A stretch of 64,000 nt of DNA from Deltaproteobacteria bacterium. GTDB taxonomy: Bacteria > Desulfobacterota > Desulfobulbia > Desulfobulbales > Desulfurivibrionaceae. Each line of letters begins with the position of its first letter. Position 1 is the stretch's first letter. The stretch lies in the NCBI GenBank assembly GCA_021847425.1, contig JAJZRF010000005.1:13-64012 (forward strand), given 5' to 3'. The position numbers were made by a program, and so were the translations under genes. Below the pieces are notes generated by a model that saw only the letters and a program-made list of their open reading frames with translations, searched no databases and was not told the DNA's origin. Below, one piece after another: positions 18,720 to 27,300 of the stretch.

Positions 18720-20419
18720 CTTTTGTTTTCCTCGTGTGGTGATGCGCTCGGTTCTTGTCCGGCGGGGAGGATCACCTCGAACTCTGCTCCCTGGCCTGGT
18801 TCGCTGCGAACCAAAATTCTGCCCCGGTGTTTGGCGATGATGCCAAAGGAGACGCTCAGTCCCAGTCCCGTGCCCTTGCCGACCTCCTTGGTGGTGAAAA
18901 ACGGATCGAAAATTCGCTCCTGGATCTTTTTGGGAATACCCACCCCCTTATCGGTAAAAATCACATGCACTTCATTCTCAACGCAGAAAGTGCGGATCAG
19001 CAGGGAGCCCTTGTCCGGCTGGGCGTGAACCGCGTTGATAATCAGGTTCATGAATACCTGACAGAGCTGTCCCTGGGAGCCGGACACCGCGGGCAGTTTC
19101 GGGGCAAACTCCTTCATCACCTCCATCCTGTGCCGGTACTCGGGCAGGGCCAGGGCCAGGGTGCTTTCCAGGCACTCATTGATGTCTATGGGCTGGGCGA
19201 TATCCTGGTCGGGCCGGGAAAAATTCTTGAGATCGGTGACGATCTTGCTGGTGCGCCGCGCTCCTTCCCGGACATTGCCCATGAGCAGGTCGATGCTCTG
19301 CATCAGCTCACTCACCCGGTTTGAATCCGGGCAGCTCTGCTCCCCGTGGCCCTCCAGGATCATCCGCAGCTCGTCCAGCCTTTTTTCCAATGGCGGCAGG
19401 GCGCCGGTGATAAAATTGGTGGTGTTGTTGACTTCGTGGGCCACCCCGGCCACCAGTTGGCCCACGGCCCCCATCTTTGCCGATTGCACCAGCTGGGACT
19501 GGGCCTCCTTGAGTTCGTGCATGGTCATGGTGAGTTCGGCGGTGCGAGCGGCCACGGTTTCCTCAAGCCTCTCGTTCATCTGGGCGATGGTGACAAAGGC
19601 TTGGTCGAGCTGACCGATCAGCTGTGTGAGGCTGATTTCAAGCTGGCCGAGTTCATCGCTTGCCTCTTCTTCCGTCTTCCCCAGCCGGGTTTTCAGAGTA
19701 GCGACCAGGGCGCGCAACGGCCTTATCACGTCCCGCGCCAGGATAAGGGACATGATAAAGGAGATGGGTAGGAAGGAGAGAAAAACCAGCACCGCATGGC
19801 GGATGATCCGTTCCATACCCTCTTGGTACTGGGCGCGGCTTAAAATAATCTGCACGTCGCCGAGCCTGGTGGTCGCGCTCTGTTCCATCTTGCCCGTGTC
19901 AAAATACAGGGAGGCCTTGTCTTTGGACTGGCCGACGGTGATGATCTGTTTGCAGAACACGAAGTAGCGATCCTGACGCCAGTTGGGGCTGGGAGCATTT
20001 TCGCGGGCGGTTCGGTGTTCCGCCATGATTTGAGCAAGACGGCCCATTTCCTTCGGCCGGAGGGCATCCTCTCCGGCCTGGGGCACAAGGCGGGAAAAAA
20101 TCAGACCACCGTCCTTGTTGTAGATGAGAACGGCCATGACCCCGGTTTCCCCGAGTACCGCCTCCACGTCTTCGCTGATTCGAGGCATGTTCATGAAAAA
20201 AAGCGGGGTCTCCAGGTTGCGGGCCAGGATCGAGGAGATAAATTTCCCCTTGTGGTAATTTTCATCCAGCAGAGTCTGTTTCTGGCTATGGCCGAAAAGC
20301 AGGATCAGTCCGCCGCCGCAAAGAACCAGAACCCCCAGAAAAGTGAGAAACAGCTTCAAGCGGTAGCCCAGCGGCAGCCAGAATCTTTTCTTGAGCCAGT
20401 GCAGGTCCAGTGGGGTCAT
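18716..20419 (-). CDS. Membrane sensor histidine kinase
   Basis: Two TM helices around a periplasmic domain, HAMP-like linker, H-box AGVAHEVNN, N-box QVFMNLIINA, D.G.GI, FDPFFTTK, GTGLGLS. Confidence 0.95.
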   Translation of the reverse strand: MTPLDLHWLKKRFWLPLGYRLKLFLTFLGVLVLCGGGLILLFGHSQKQTLLDENYHKGKFISSILARNLETPLFFMNMPRISEDVEAVLGETGVMAVLIYNKDGGLIFSRLVPQAGEDALRPKEMGRLAQIMAEHRTARENAPSPNWRQDRYFVFCKQIITVGQSKDKASLYFDTGKMEQSATTRLGDVQIILSRAQYQEGMERIIRHAVLVFLSFLPISFIMSLILARDVIRPLRALVATLKTRLGKTEEEASDELGQLEISLTQLIGQLDQAFVTIAQMNERLEETVAARTAELTMTMHELKEAQSQLVQSAKMGAVGQLVAGVAHEVNNTTNFITGALPPLEKRLDELRMILEGHGEQSCPDSNRVSELMQSIDLLMGNVREGARRTSKIVTDLKNFSRPDQDIAQPIDINECLESTLALALPEYRHRMEVMKEFAPKLPAVSGSQGQLCQVFMNLIINAVHAQPDKGSLLIRTFCVENEVHVIFTDKGVGIPKKIQERIFDPFFTTKEVGKGTGLGLSVSFGIIAKHRGRILVRSEPGQGAEFEVILPAGQEPSASPHEENKR

Positions 20420-21360
20420 CGTCCGGTCTCCGGAGGGTAGGTGGCGTCGATGGCCTCGGGGGCGTAAAAAACGCCCAGCCGGCCAAGCACCTTGGGGTTG
20501 GCCACCACCCTGACCTTGCGGGGCGGGGTCAGAGCGGGAGTATCATTGCCCAGGCCGGCGCGCAGGATATGCGCGCCAAGTTCGGCTGCCTGGGCACCGA
20601 GGTCGGTGGTGTCGAAGGTGACCGCCATGGCCGCGCCCTGCGCCAGGTACTTTTCCGAAAAACTGATGATGGGGACGCGGTTTTTCATGGAAAATTCAAG
20701 AAGGCTGCCCAAGACCTGCGGTGCGGTGAGCTGGGGGTCGGGCAGCAGCCAATAGGCGTCGATCTTGCCGGCCAGCTCCTGGAGCGCCCCCGGCACGCTG
20801 GTCTGGTTGTCGAACTGCTTGAAAAGCAGGGTCTGGATCGAGGCCACCGGCGAGAGCAAAGCCTCCTGCACCCACTGGCCTGACTGGGCCGGATTGTACA
20901 AAACGCCGATGGCATGGACCCTGGGCAGCGCCTTGTTGATCGCGGCCAGCTGACGAGAGGGCTGGATGCGCATCTCGATGCCGGCAAAGTTTCGGGGCAG
21001 GGATGCGGCGGCGGCCGAGGGCGCCAGCAGGTAGACCACCGGCACCTCCCGAAGCTCCTTGATGAAATCCAGGGCCTGATCGCCGATGGCCACCACCAGC
21101 CGTGCGTCTTGTAGCTGTTTTTTAAGGGAAAAAGTATCCGTTGCCTGTTGCTCGGAAAGCAGCACCTGTGTTACGGTATTGCCGCTGATGCTTTTCGGGC
21201 CCGAGGCCGGATGCTGAACGAGCCAATCCCTTTCAAAGCCCAGCCGGGCCTCCTCGTAGGGTTTGAGCGGCGAAGACTGGAGCAGGACGCAGTCCAGCGC
21301 CCAGGCCGTGGAGGCAAAGGCCAGCAGCAACGGCGCGATGAGGAGAAGACACTTTTTCAC
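20416..21360 (-). CDS. Periplasmic ABC-type substrate-binding protein with no cognate permease/ATPase nearby
   Basis: Signal peptide; VAIGD, IGVLYNP, DAYWLLPD, PIISFSEKYL..GA motifs; GTG start. Confidence 0.8.
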   Translation of the reverse strand: MKKCLLLIAPLLLAFASTAWALDCVLLQSSPLKPYEEARLGFERDWLVQHPASGPKSISGNTVTQVLLSEQQATDTFSLKKQLQDARLVVAIGDQALDFIKELREVPVVYLLAPSAAAASLPRNFAGIEMRIQPSRQLAAINKALPRVHAIGVLYNPAQSGQWVQEALLSPVASIQTLLFKQFDNQTSVPGALQELAGKIDAYWLLPDPQLTAPQVLGSLLEFSMKNRVPIISFSEKYLAQGAAMAVTFDTTDLGAQAAELGAHILRAGLGNDTPALTPPRKVRVVANPKVLGRLGVFYAPEAIDATYPPETGR

Positions 21361-21576
21361 CGGCGAATCGACCCTGTTGATTGAAAAAAAGGGAGAACCA
21401 AATCTGACTGCAAATAACCTGCAATAATCCTAGAACCTTGCGCGCCATTGCGCAAGCATGAGATCACTTTCCCCGCGTGCGGGAAAAGTGCCTGCAACCC
21501 TGGGGGGGGGGACAAGACAGGATGCATAACCGTTTGGGATCATGCATAATAATTATTTTTTTCCTGGGAGCCCCCA

Positions 21577-23505
21577 ATGACTTATCCGTATTTTTTCCGT
21601 AATCGCACCTCCGCCGGAACCGCCTTTTTTCTCCTCGCCCTGCTGCCGGCCCTGAGCAACGCTGCCGAAACGGACAAGGCGCAAAACCCCATGACCATGT
21701 ACTTCGATGACTCCCAGATGGTGGAGGTTGCCACCCGCGCCCCCAAACCCATGGCCCAGGTGGCGGAGAATGTCAGCGTAATCACGGCGGAGGAGATCGA
21801 GGGGATGCACGCCCATACCCTTGGCGAGATTCTCGACCGGGTGGCTGGCATGTTCGTTGAGTTTGATGGCCGGGATTTTCTGGGCATGGAAACGATGAGA
21901 ATTTCCGGAACCCGCAGACAGCACGCCCTGTTTTTGCTCGACGGCGTACGTATCAACCAAAATTCAAGCGGGTATGCGCAGTTGTCCTTTGTGCCGCTGG
22001 GCATCATCAAACGCATCGAGATCATCAAGGGGCCTGCCTCATCCTCCTGGGGCTCCGCCCTGGGCGGGGTGGTGAACATCATCACCAAGGATACCGGCAC
22101 AACCCCGGTGCCCAAAGCCACGGCAAGCGCAAGCTATGGCAAGGCAAACAGCCGGGAAGTCTCCCTCGATCTTGCCGGAGGCGGGGAGAAGGTGGGATAT
22201 TACCTGTATGGCGGCAATATTGATTCGGACGGGCTGAAGCTCGACCGTTATGGCGAGCGTAATTCCGCCTATGGCAAGCTTCAGGTCAAGTTGCCGAACA
22301 ACTCCTCCCTCACCGCTGCAGGCGGCTACAGCGATCCGAACTACAAATTACTTGATTGGGGCAATGCCTGGGGCATATCGGACCTGAATGTTTACGATGA
22401 TGTCGGTACGCACAACTTCTGGGGCACGGTATACTATGATGCGGAACTCGCCCAAAAGCTCAACCTGCATCTGGCCATTCAACGCTACAAAAACGAATTC
22501 ATGGACGATTTTCGTTCCCTGGGCACCGGCAATGGCGGACCCAATGGAGATTTCATCTACCGCCAAAACTGGGACGATGAGGTCAACAGTTTTTCCAGCA
22601 ACCTCAATTGGGCTGGCGAAAACCTTGCCTCAAACATCGGCTTTGAATCAAGCCGCAGCAAGATGGTCTATTCCAGCGCCACGGGCGTTCTTTTTGGCGG
22701 CCCATCTTCCTCAACCGATGATCCGGCGCAGGAGGAACGCCGGGGGCTCTATGCCAACACCACTTACACTCAGGGCAAGTTTTCCCTCACCCCCGGGATC
22801 AGGTATGACTATAATTCCAACTCCCAGGCATTTACCAGCCCCTCCCTTGGCGCGACCTACCAGCTTGCCAACGACACCCTGCTCCGCGCCTCTGCAGCCC
22901 GCGGCTTTTCCGCCCCCTACCTTTCAGCAATACAAAATTCGCCGGGGCTGAAACCGGAAACCATCACAGCTTACCAGGCAGGGATCGAAACCCACCGGGT
23001 GCCGGATCTCCTGCTCAAGCTCACTGTCTTCCAGTACAATATTTCCGATGCCTGGAATATGTCCTCTGTCCCTTGGGTCAATGCCGGGCACATCCGCTTG
23101 CACGGCGTGGAGTTCGAGGCGACCACCAACGAATACCACGGCCTTACCCTCACCGCCAACTTCACCCTTGCCTCGGAAAACAGCATGGGCGATGGGGATA
23201 CCGATCGAAAAAACGATGCGACCTATACCGCCAACCTCATTGCGGACTACAGACTCCGGGAATATGGGCTTCGCGCCGAACTGGCCGGCCATTATTACTG
23301 GATGAACGGGGATCTCATAAATGATAACCCGATCTGTAATACGTTTCTCTGGGATGCGTTGCTCAGCAAAGAGCTTGCCCTGCCTTTGTTGCAAACCGAA
23401 ATTTTTCTCAAAGCCCATAATATCTTTAACGGCAGCCAGTACTGGGACTTCGCATATCCCAACCCGGACCGCTGGGTGGAAGCCGGTGTAGTCTTTAAAT
23501 TTTAA
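21577..23505 (+). CDS. TonB-dependent outer-membrane receptor
   Basis: Signal peptide; plug (VATRAPK...VSVITAEEI, LLDGV, IKRIEIIKGPASSSWGSALGGVVNIITK); beta-barrel; C-terminal aromatic (VVFKF). Confidence 0.93.
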   Translation: MTYPYFFRNRTSAGTAFFLLALLPALSNAAETDKAQNPMTMYFDDSQMVEVATRAPKPMAQVAENVSVITAEEIEGMHAHTLGEILDRVAGMFVEFDGRDFLGMETMRISGTRRQHALFLLDGVRINQNSSGYAQLSFVPLGIIKRIEIIKGPASSSWGSALGGVVNIITKDTGTTPVPKATASASYGKANSREVSLDLAGGGEKVGYYLYGGNIDSDGLKLDRYGERNSAYGKLQVKLPNNSSLTAAGGYSDPNYKLLDWGNAWGISDLNVYDDVGTHNFWGTVYYDAELAQKLNLHLAIQRYKNEFMDDFRSLGTGNGGPNGDFIYRQNWDDEVNSFSSNLNWAGENLASNIGFESSRSKMVYSSATGVLFGGPSSSTDDPAQEERRGLYANTTYTQGKFSLTPGIRYDYNSNSQAFTSPSLGATYQLANDTLLRASAARGFSAPYLSAIQNSPGLKPETITAYQAGIETHRVPDLLLKLTVFQYNISDAWNMSSVPWVNAGHIRLHGVEFEATTNEYHGLTLTANFTLASENSMGDGDTDRKNDATYTANLIADYRLREYGLRAELAGHYYWMNGDLINDNPICNTFLWDALLSKELALPLLQTEIFLKAHNIFNGSQYWDFAYPNPDRWVEAGVVFKF

Positions 23506-23583
23506 TTATCCGTTGTGGAAACCGTGATATGATTGTTTGGTCGAGGGATTTTTTTTAAACAACCCATTACCACAGGAGGAAAC

Positions 23584-23679
23584 ATGAAAACGATGACTAT
23601 TCTTACCCAGGGAAAAACCGTCAAGACCGTGGCTGCAACAAGTGGATGCTGTGCAGGTGTACCTTCAGCAGTAAAATGA
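23584..23679 (+). CDS. 31-aa putative RiPP precursor peptide (geopeptide-like), MKTMTILTQGKTVKTVAATSGCCAGVPSAVK
   Basis: Below the ORF-track cutoff. Strong RBS AGGAGGA 3 nt before the ATG; Cys-Cys motif; sits directly upstream of a radical SAM/SPASM gene. Confidence 0.85.
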   Translation: MKTMTILTQGKTVKTVAATSGCCAGVPSAVK

Positions 23680-23693
23680 TCTCCAAAGTTTTA

Positions 23694-23738
23694 GAGAACA
23701 AAAAAAGGAGAGCTATCGGCTCTCCTTTTTTTGTTCTC
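23694..23738 (+). terminator. Perfect 20-bp stem-loop between precursor and maturase genes
   Basis: GAGAACAAAAAAAGGAGAGC-tatcg-GCTCTCCTTTTTTTGTTCTC. Confidence 0.8.
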
Positions 23739-23761
23739 GCGGCAAACCAGAGGGCCCCCCT

Positions 23762-25078
23762 ATGCAGCTTACCCCATACCATGTTGTCTGTCCCTATCCT
23801 GACGATCCTGAGCAGCTCCTTCTCTTTGCCACCAAAACCGGCGCCCTGGTTGTCCTTCCGGTAGAGGTTTTTGCCGGCCTGCGAGAGGGGCTTGTCGCAA
23901 AGGGCGCTCTTGAGCCGCTCACCGAAATGGGATTTCTTGTTTCCGACCCCGATCAGGAACGCCGGGCGGTGTACGGATATCTGGCGGAAGTCAACAGAGT
24001 CAATCCCAATCTGACCGTGGCCCTCATCCTGGGGATGGAGTGCAACTTCGCCTGCAGGTACTGCTTCCAAGGCGGTCAGAAAGACAGGGCGGCCATGAGC
24101 GATGCCACGGCGGACCGGCTCGTTGCCTTTATCCGCGAATGTTTCAGGCCGGGCAAGAAAAAGCTCCTGCTTCAAATTTACGGGGGCGAGCCGCTGCTCT
24201 ACACCAAACGGATCATCTCCTTGGCTCGGCAGCTTAAACCATTTGTAGAAGGGCAGGGGGCAGAACTTGTCATAGATATTGTTTCCAACGGCTCGCTCAT
24301 CACTCCCCAGGTGGTGGATGAATTGAACCAGTGGGGGCTTGACGGGATCAAGATTACCATCGACGGCCCACCGGAAAACCACAACTATTTCCGGCCATTC
24401 AAGTCCGGGAAACCGAGTTTTGAAATAATTGTCCGCAATCTGAACGCGGTTCGCGGCAAGACCAAGATCCGCCTGGGCGGCAACTATACCATGGCGAACT
24501 ACCAAAGTTTCCCCCCCGTTCTCGACCTTCTGGCCGCGCAGGGACTCACCCCGGACACGGTGGAACTGGTCAACTTCAACATCGTCATGCAGGTGCGGGA
24601 GACAGCTGCCGGCAATATCTATCGCGGCGGCTGTTGCACCGTCAACGAGCCATGGCTGCAAGATGCCGCCCTCCATGTCCGGGAAGAGGTGTTCAAGCGG
24701 GGCTATATGATTGCGGAGCTCGGCCCGCAGCCCTGTGCCGTTGAGGTGGAGGACGCCTTTACCGTGCATTACGATGGCAGTTTGTACAAGTGCGTGATCT
24801 GGGCAGGGCAGAAACAGTTCAGAATCGGCGACATCTGGCAGGGGATCGACGAACAGTATAAAGAAATCCATCATCTTGGCCACTGGCAGAGGGAAGAAAA
24901 ATGCCGGAAATGCGTTTACCTGCCCCTCTGCTTCGGCGGCTGTCGCTCCATGGCCTATCAGCGCGACGGGCACATGGCGAATGTGGACTGCAAGAAGGAA
25001 TTTCTGGATGCAACCCTGGAAAAAATGCTGGCCCAGGATCTGCAATACCGTTACGGGGCAGCGGCGGAAAAATCGTGA
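23762..25078 (+). CDS. Radical SAM/SPASM peptide maturase (geopeptide maturase-like)
   Basis: CNFACRYC SAM cluster motif, YGGEPLL, TIDGP; SPASM C...DGSLYKC...IGDI...CRKCVYLPLCFGGCR...C; N-terminal extension typical of peptide maturases. Confidence 0.9.
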   Translation: MQLTPYHVVCPYPDDPEQLLLFATKTGALVVLPVEVFAGLREGLVAKGALEPLTEMGFLVSDPDQERRAVYGYLAEVNRVNPNLTVALILGMECNFACRYCFQGGQKDRAAMSDATADRLVAFIRECFRPGKKKLLLQIYGGEPLLYTKRIISLARQLKPFVEGQGAELVIDIVSNGSLITPQVVDELNQWGLDGIKITIDGPPENHNYFRPFKSGKPSFEIIVRNLNAVRGKTKIRLGGNYTMANYQSFPPVLDLLAAQGLTPDTVELVNFNIVMQVRETAAGNIYRGGCCTVNEPWLQDAALHVREEVFKRGYMIAELGPQPCAVEVEDAFTVHYDGSLYKCVIWAGQKQFRIGDIWQGIDEQYKEIHHLGHWQREEKCRKCVYLPLCFGGCRSMAYQRDGHMANVDCKKEFLDATLEKMLAQDLQYRYGAAAEKS

Positions 25079-25106
25079 CCGGTTACCGGAAAGGTGTCAG
25101 CCAGTT

Positions 25107-25571
25107 TCACTTATTCTGCCTGATCGCCTCGTAGAGCACCACCGATGCGGCCATGCCCAGATTGATGCTGCGGATGTTGGGGTTGCTCATGGGGATGGTG
25201 GCGCACCGTTCCCGGTACAGGGAGATGATCTCTTCGGGCAGCCCTTTGGTTTCGCGGCCGAAGACCAGATAATCACCGGGCTGGTAGCACACTTCGGTGT
25301 AAGGCCGTTCCACCTTGGTGGTGAAAAAGTGCAACCGCAGCTCATCCTGGGCTGCGAGAAATTCTTCGAAACTGTCCCAATAGCGGATATCGACAAACTT
25401 CCAGTAATCAAGGCCAGCCCGCTTCAGATGCTTGTCATCGGTGGAAAAACCCAAGGGCCGGACCAGGTGCAGGATCGTGTCCGTGGCTCCGCACAACCGG
25501 GCGATACTCCCGGTGTTGGGGGGGATCTCCGGTTGGACCAGGACAATATGAAAAGGGGCAGGGCAGGGCAA
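25107..25571 (-). CDS. trmL: tRNA (cytidine(34)-2'-O)-methyltransferase
   Basis: VQPEIPPNTGSIARLC, LKRAGLDYW, FGRETKGLP, IPM...RSINL. Confidence 0.93.
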   Translation of the reverse strand: MPCPAPFHIVLVQPEIPPNTGSIARLCGATDTILHLVRPLGFSTDDKHLKRAGLDYWKFVDIRYWDSFEEFLAAQDELRLHFFTTKVERPYTEVCYQPGDYLVFGRETKGLPEEIISLYRERCATIPMSNPNIRSINLGMAASVVLYEAIRQNK

Positions 25572-25575
25572 GGGA

Positions 25576-26976
25576 TTAGAGCAGGGAGATCGGGTTGTCC
25601 GGGGTCACCACCACATTTTTCACCATGATGATCTTGGGATTATCAAGATTTCTGGCCAGTTTGGTGAGCGATTGGAGTTCCTGATGAAAAAGAACCAACT
25701 GGGTTCCTGCCAGCTGGGAGCGCGGGCGAAACTTGACATTGAAGGGGTTGGCGAACACCCCGTTCTGTGCCATCCGGTAATCGAGATGCGGGCCGGTAGC
25801 TATACCGGTGGCGCCGACATAGCCGATGATCTGCTTTTGCCGGACTCTGGCCCCGGCCTTGATATTAGCGGCAAATCGGGAAAGATGCCCATAGTAGGTC
25901 TTGTAGCCGCCGCTATGGTCAAGAATGATCTGTTTGCCAAAGCCGCCTTTCCAGCCGGCAAACTCCACCCGGCCATCGGAGGCGGCCATGATCGGGGTGC
26001 CCACCGGCGCGGCCAGATCAACGCCCAGATGGGGCCGGATAATATCCAGGACCGGGTGTAAACGGTGATAGGAAAAACCGGAAGTGACCCTGGCCATGGG
26101 CACGGGGGAGCGGATAAACGATTCGCCGAGCTCAAAGCCTCGGTGATCGAAATACGTTGGCTCTTCCCTGCCATTATCAAAACAAAAGCCCTCAAGCGGG
26201 CCGACTTCCTTGCTGTTATACCGCGCCATCAAAATCTTGCCATAGCCGACAAACTGGTTCTTTTTGTAATATTTTTCAAAAACCAGCTCAAAGCGGTCGC
26301 CAAACCGGGTCTCGGTGTTGAAATCGATCTTTGAGGCAAAGATATCGGCAAAGCTGTAGATCAGTTTGGGGTCTTCATGAAAAGCGGAGAGTGCGGCAAA
26401 AAGGGACGATTCAACGGTGCCTTGCAATTTCACCGTCCGGCAATCAAGGGAAACATCAAGTTTCTTGGCTTTAAAAGAACCTCCGGCGGTGCGTTCGATG
26501 GCATGCACTTCAAGAGGGCCTGATTCGTACAAACATTTCACCAGGCCGCCATCGTCATCAAGGGTCAGGGTGTAACGGTCATGGGGCTTCATGTCCCGGA
26601 AATTCACCTGGCCTTCAAAGGCGGATATTACCGATTGCTGAACCTCTTCATCAACCCCGTTGGAGCGAAAGGAAGAGGCCAGCGAATCTCCCGGATGGAT
26701 CTCGCCGATAATCTCCCGGACGTTGGGCAAAAAATCTTCTGTTTCGCCGGCAACGGAAGGATTGGCCGCGGTCCGCGGCAGGAGGGATTCCCCAGCCACG
26801 GCACAGAGAAAAAAAGCAGCAACCAGCGCAAGGGAAACACCAACGGTGAGAAAATGGGAGCTGTTTAAAAAAAGAACCAGATGTCTTTTGGTGTTGCTGC
26901 CGAAGCGGGATGCCTTCTGGAGGCAAGCGGCCAAACACACCGGGCATACCCTGAATTTCTTGATTTTTTTCGTCAT
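25576..26976 (-). CDS. M23-family peptidoglycan DD-metalloendopeptidase
   Basis: HLGVDLAAPVGTP, YYGHLS, GATGIATGPHLDY; N-terminal TM; start uncertain (26976-27018). Confidence 0.9.
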   Translation of the reverse strand: MTKKIKKFRVCPVCLAACLQKASRFGSNTKRHLVLFLNSSHFLTVGVSLALVAAFFLCAVAGESLLPRTAANPSVAGETEDFLPNVREIIGEIHPGDSLASSFRSNGVDEEVQQSVISAFEGQVNFRDMKPHDRYTLTLDDDGGLVKCLYESGPLEVHAIERTAGGSFKAKKLDVSLDCRTVKLQGTVESSLFAALSAFHEDPKLIYSFADIFASKIDFNTETRFGDRFELVFEKYYKKNQFVGYGKILMARYNSKEVGPLEGFCFDNGREEPTYFDHRGFELGESFIRSPVPMARVTSGFSYHRLHPVLDIIRPHLGVDLAAPVGTPIMAASDGRVEFAGWKGGFGKQIILDHSGGYKTYYGHLSRFAANIKAGARVRQKQIIGYVGATGIATGPHLDYRMAQNGVFANPFNVKFRPRSQLAGTQLVLFHQELQSLTKLARNLDNPKIIMVKNVVVTPDNPISLL

Positions 26977-27300
26977 TAACACTCTATTCCATAGAGATTT
27001 CAGCGGACACTCATGCATCTGCCTGGATGTCGACTTTAGTTAAGCTGCTATTGTTTAGCAAGATCGGACGACTATTACAAGTTTCTTTTGCCTTTTTTTC
27101 CAGGCGGAATGCTTTCCCTTTGTTTATCGCTGGAAAAACCTGCCCGAACAATTTGTTCGGTTGAAAAAAAATAAAAATTGTTGCACACTGCATTTTCGGA
27201 ATTTTTCCGGCTTCAACAGAAGTGCGGGGCCGGATATCATTAAATGGAACCTCCCCTCCGGCAGATTTTTTAACATAAATATCAGGAGCGACAGGCAGCA

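Noticed and set aside
21361-21576. Cobalamin riboswitch upstream of the TonB receptor (BtuB hypothesis, given the cbi operon in the window)
   Set aside because: No recognisable B12-box or conserved riboswitch core in the 216-nt region; the receptor context points to the peptide/kinase module. An Rfam scan was not run.
23677-23694. Selenocysteine read-through of the peptide TGA (would add U-SPKF)
   Set aside because: The TGA is not in a Cys-like motif position, I see no convincing bacterial SECIS, and the downstream hairpin looks like a terminator. A bSECIS search and homologue alignment would settle it.
27019-27300. Lysine riboswitch upstream of lysC
   Set aside because: AT-rich divergent promoter region without a visible L-box core or terminator.
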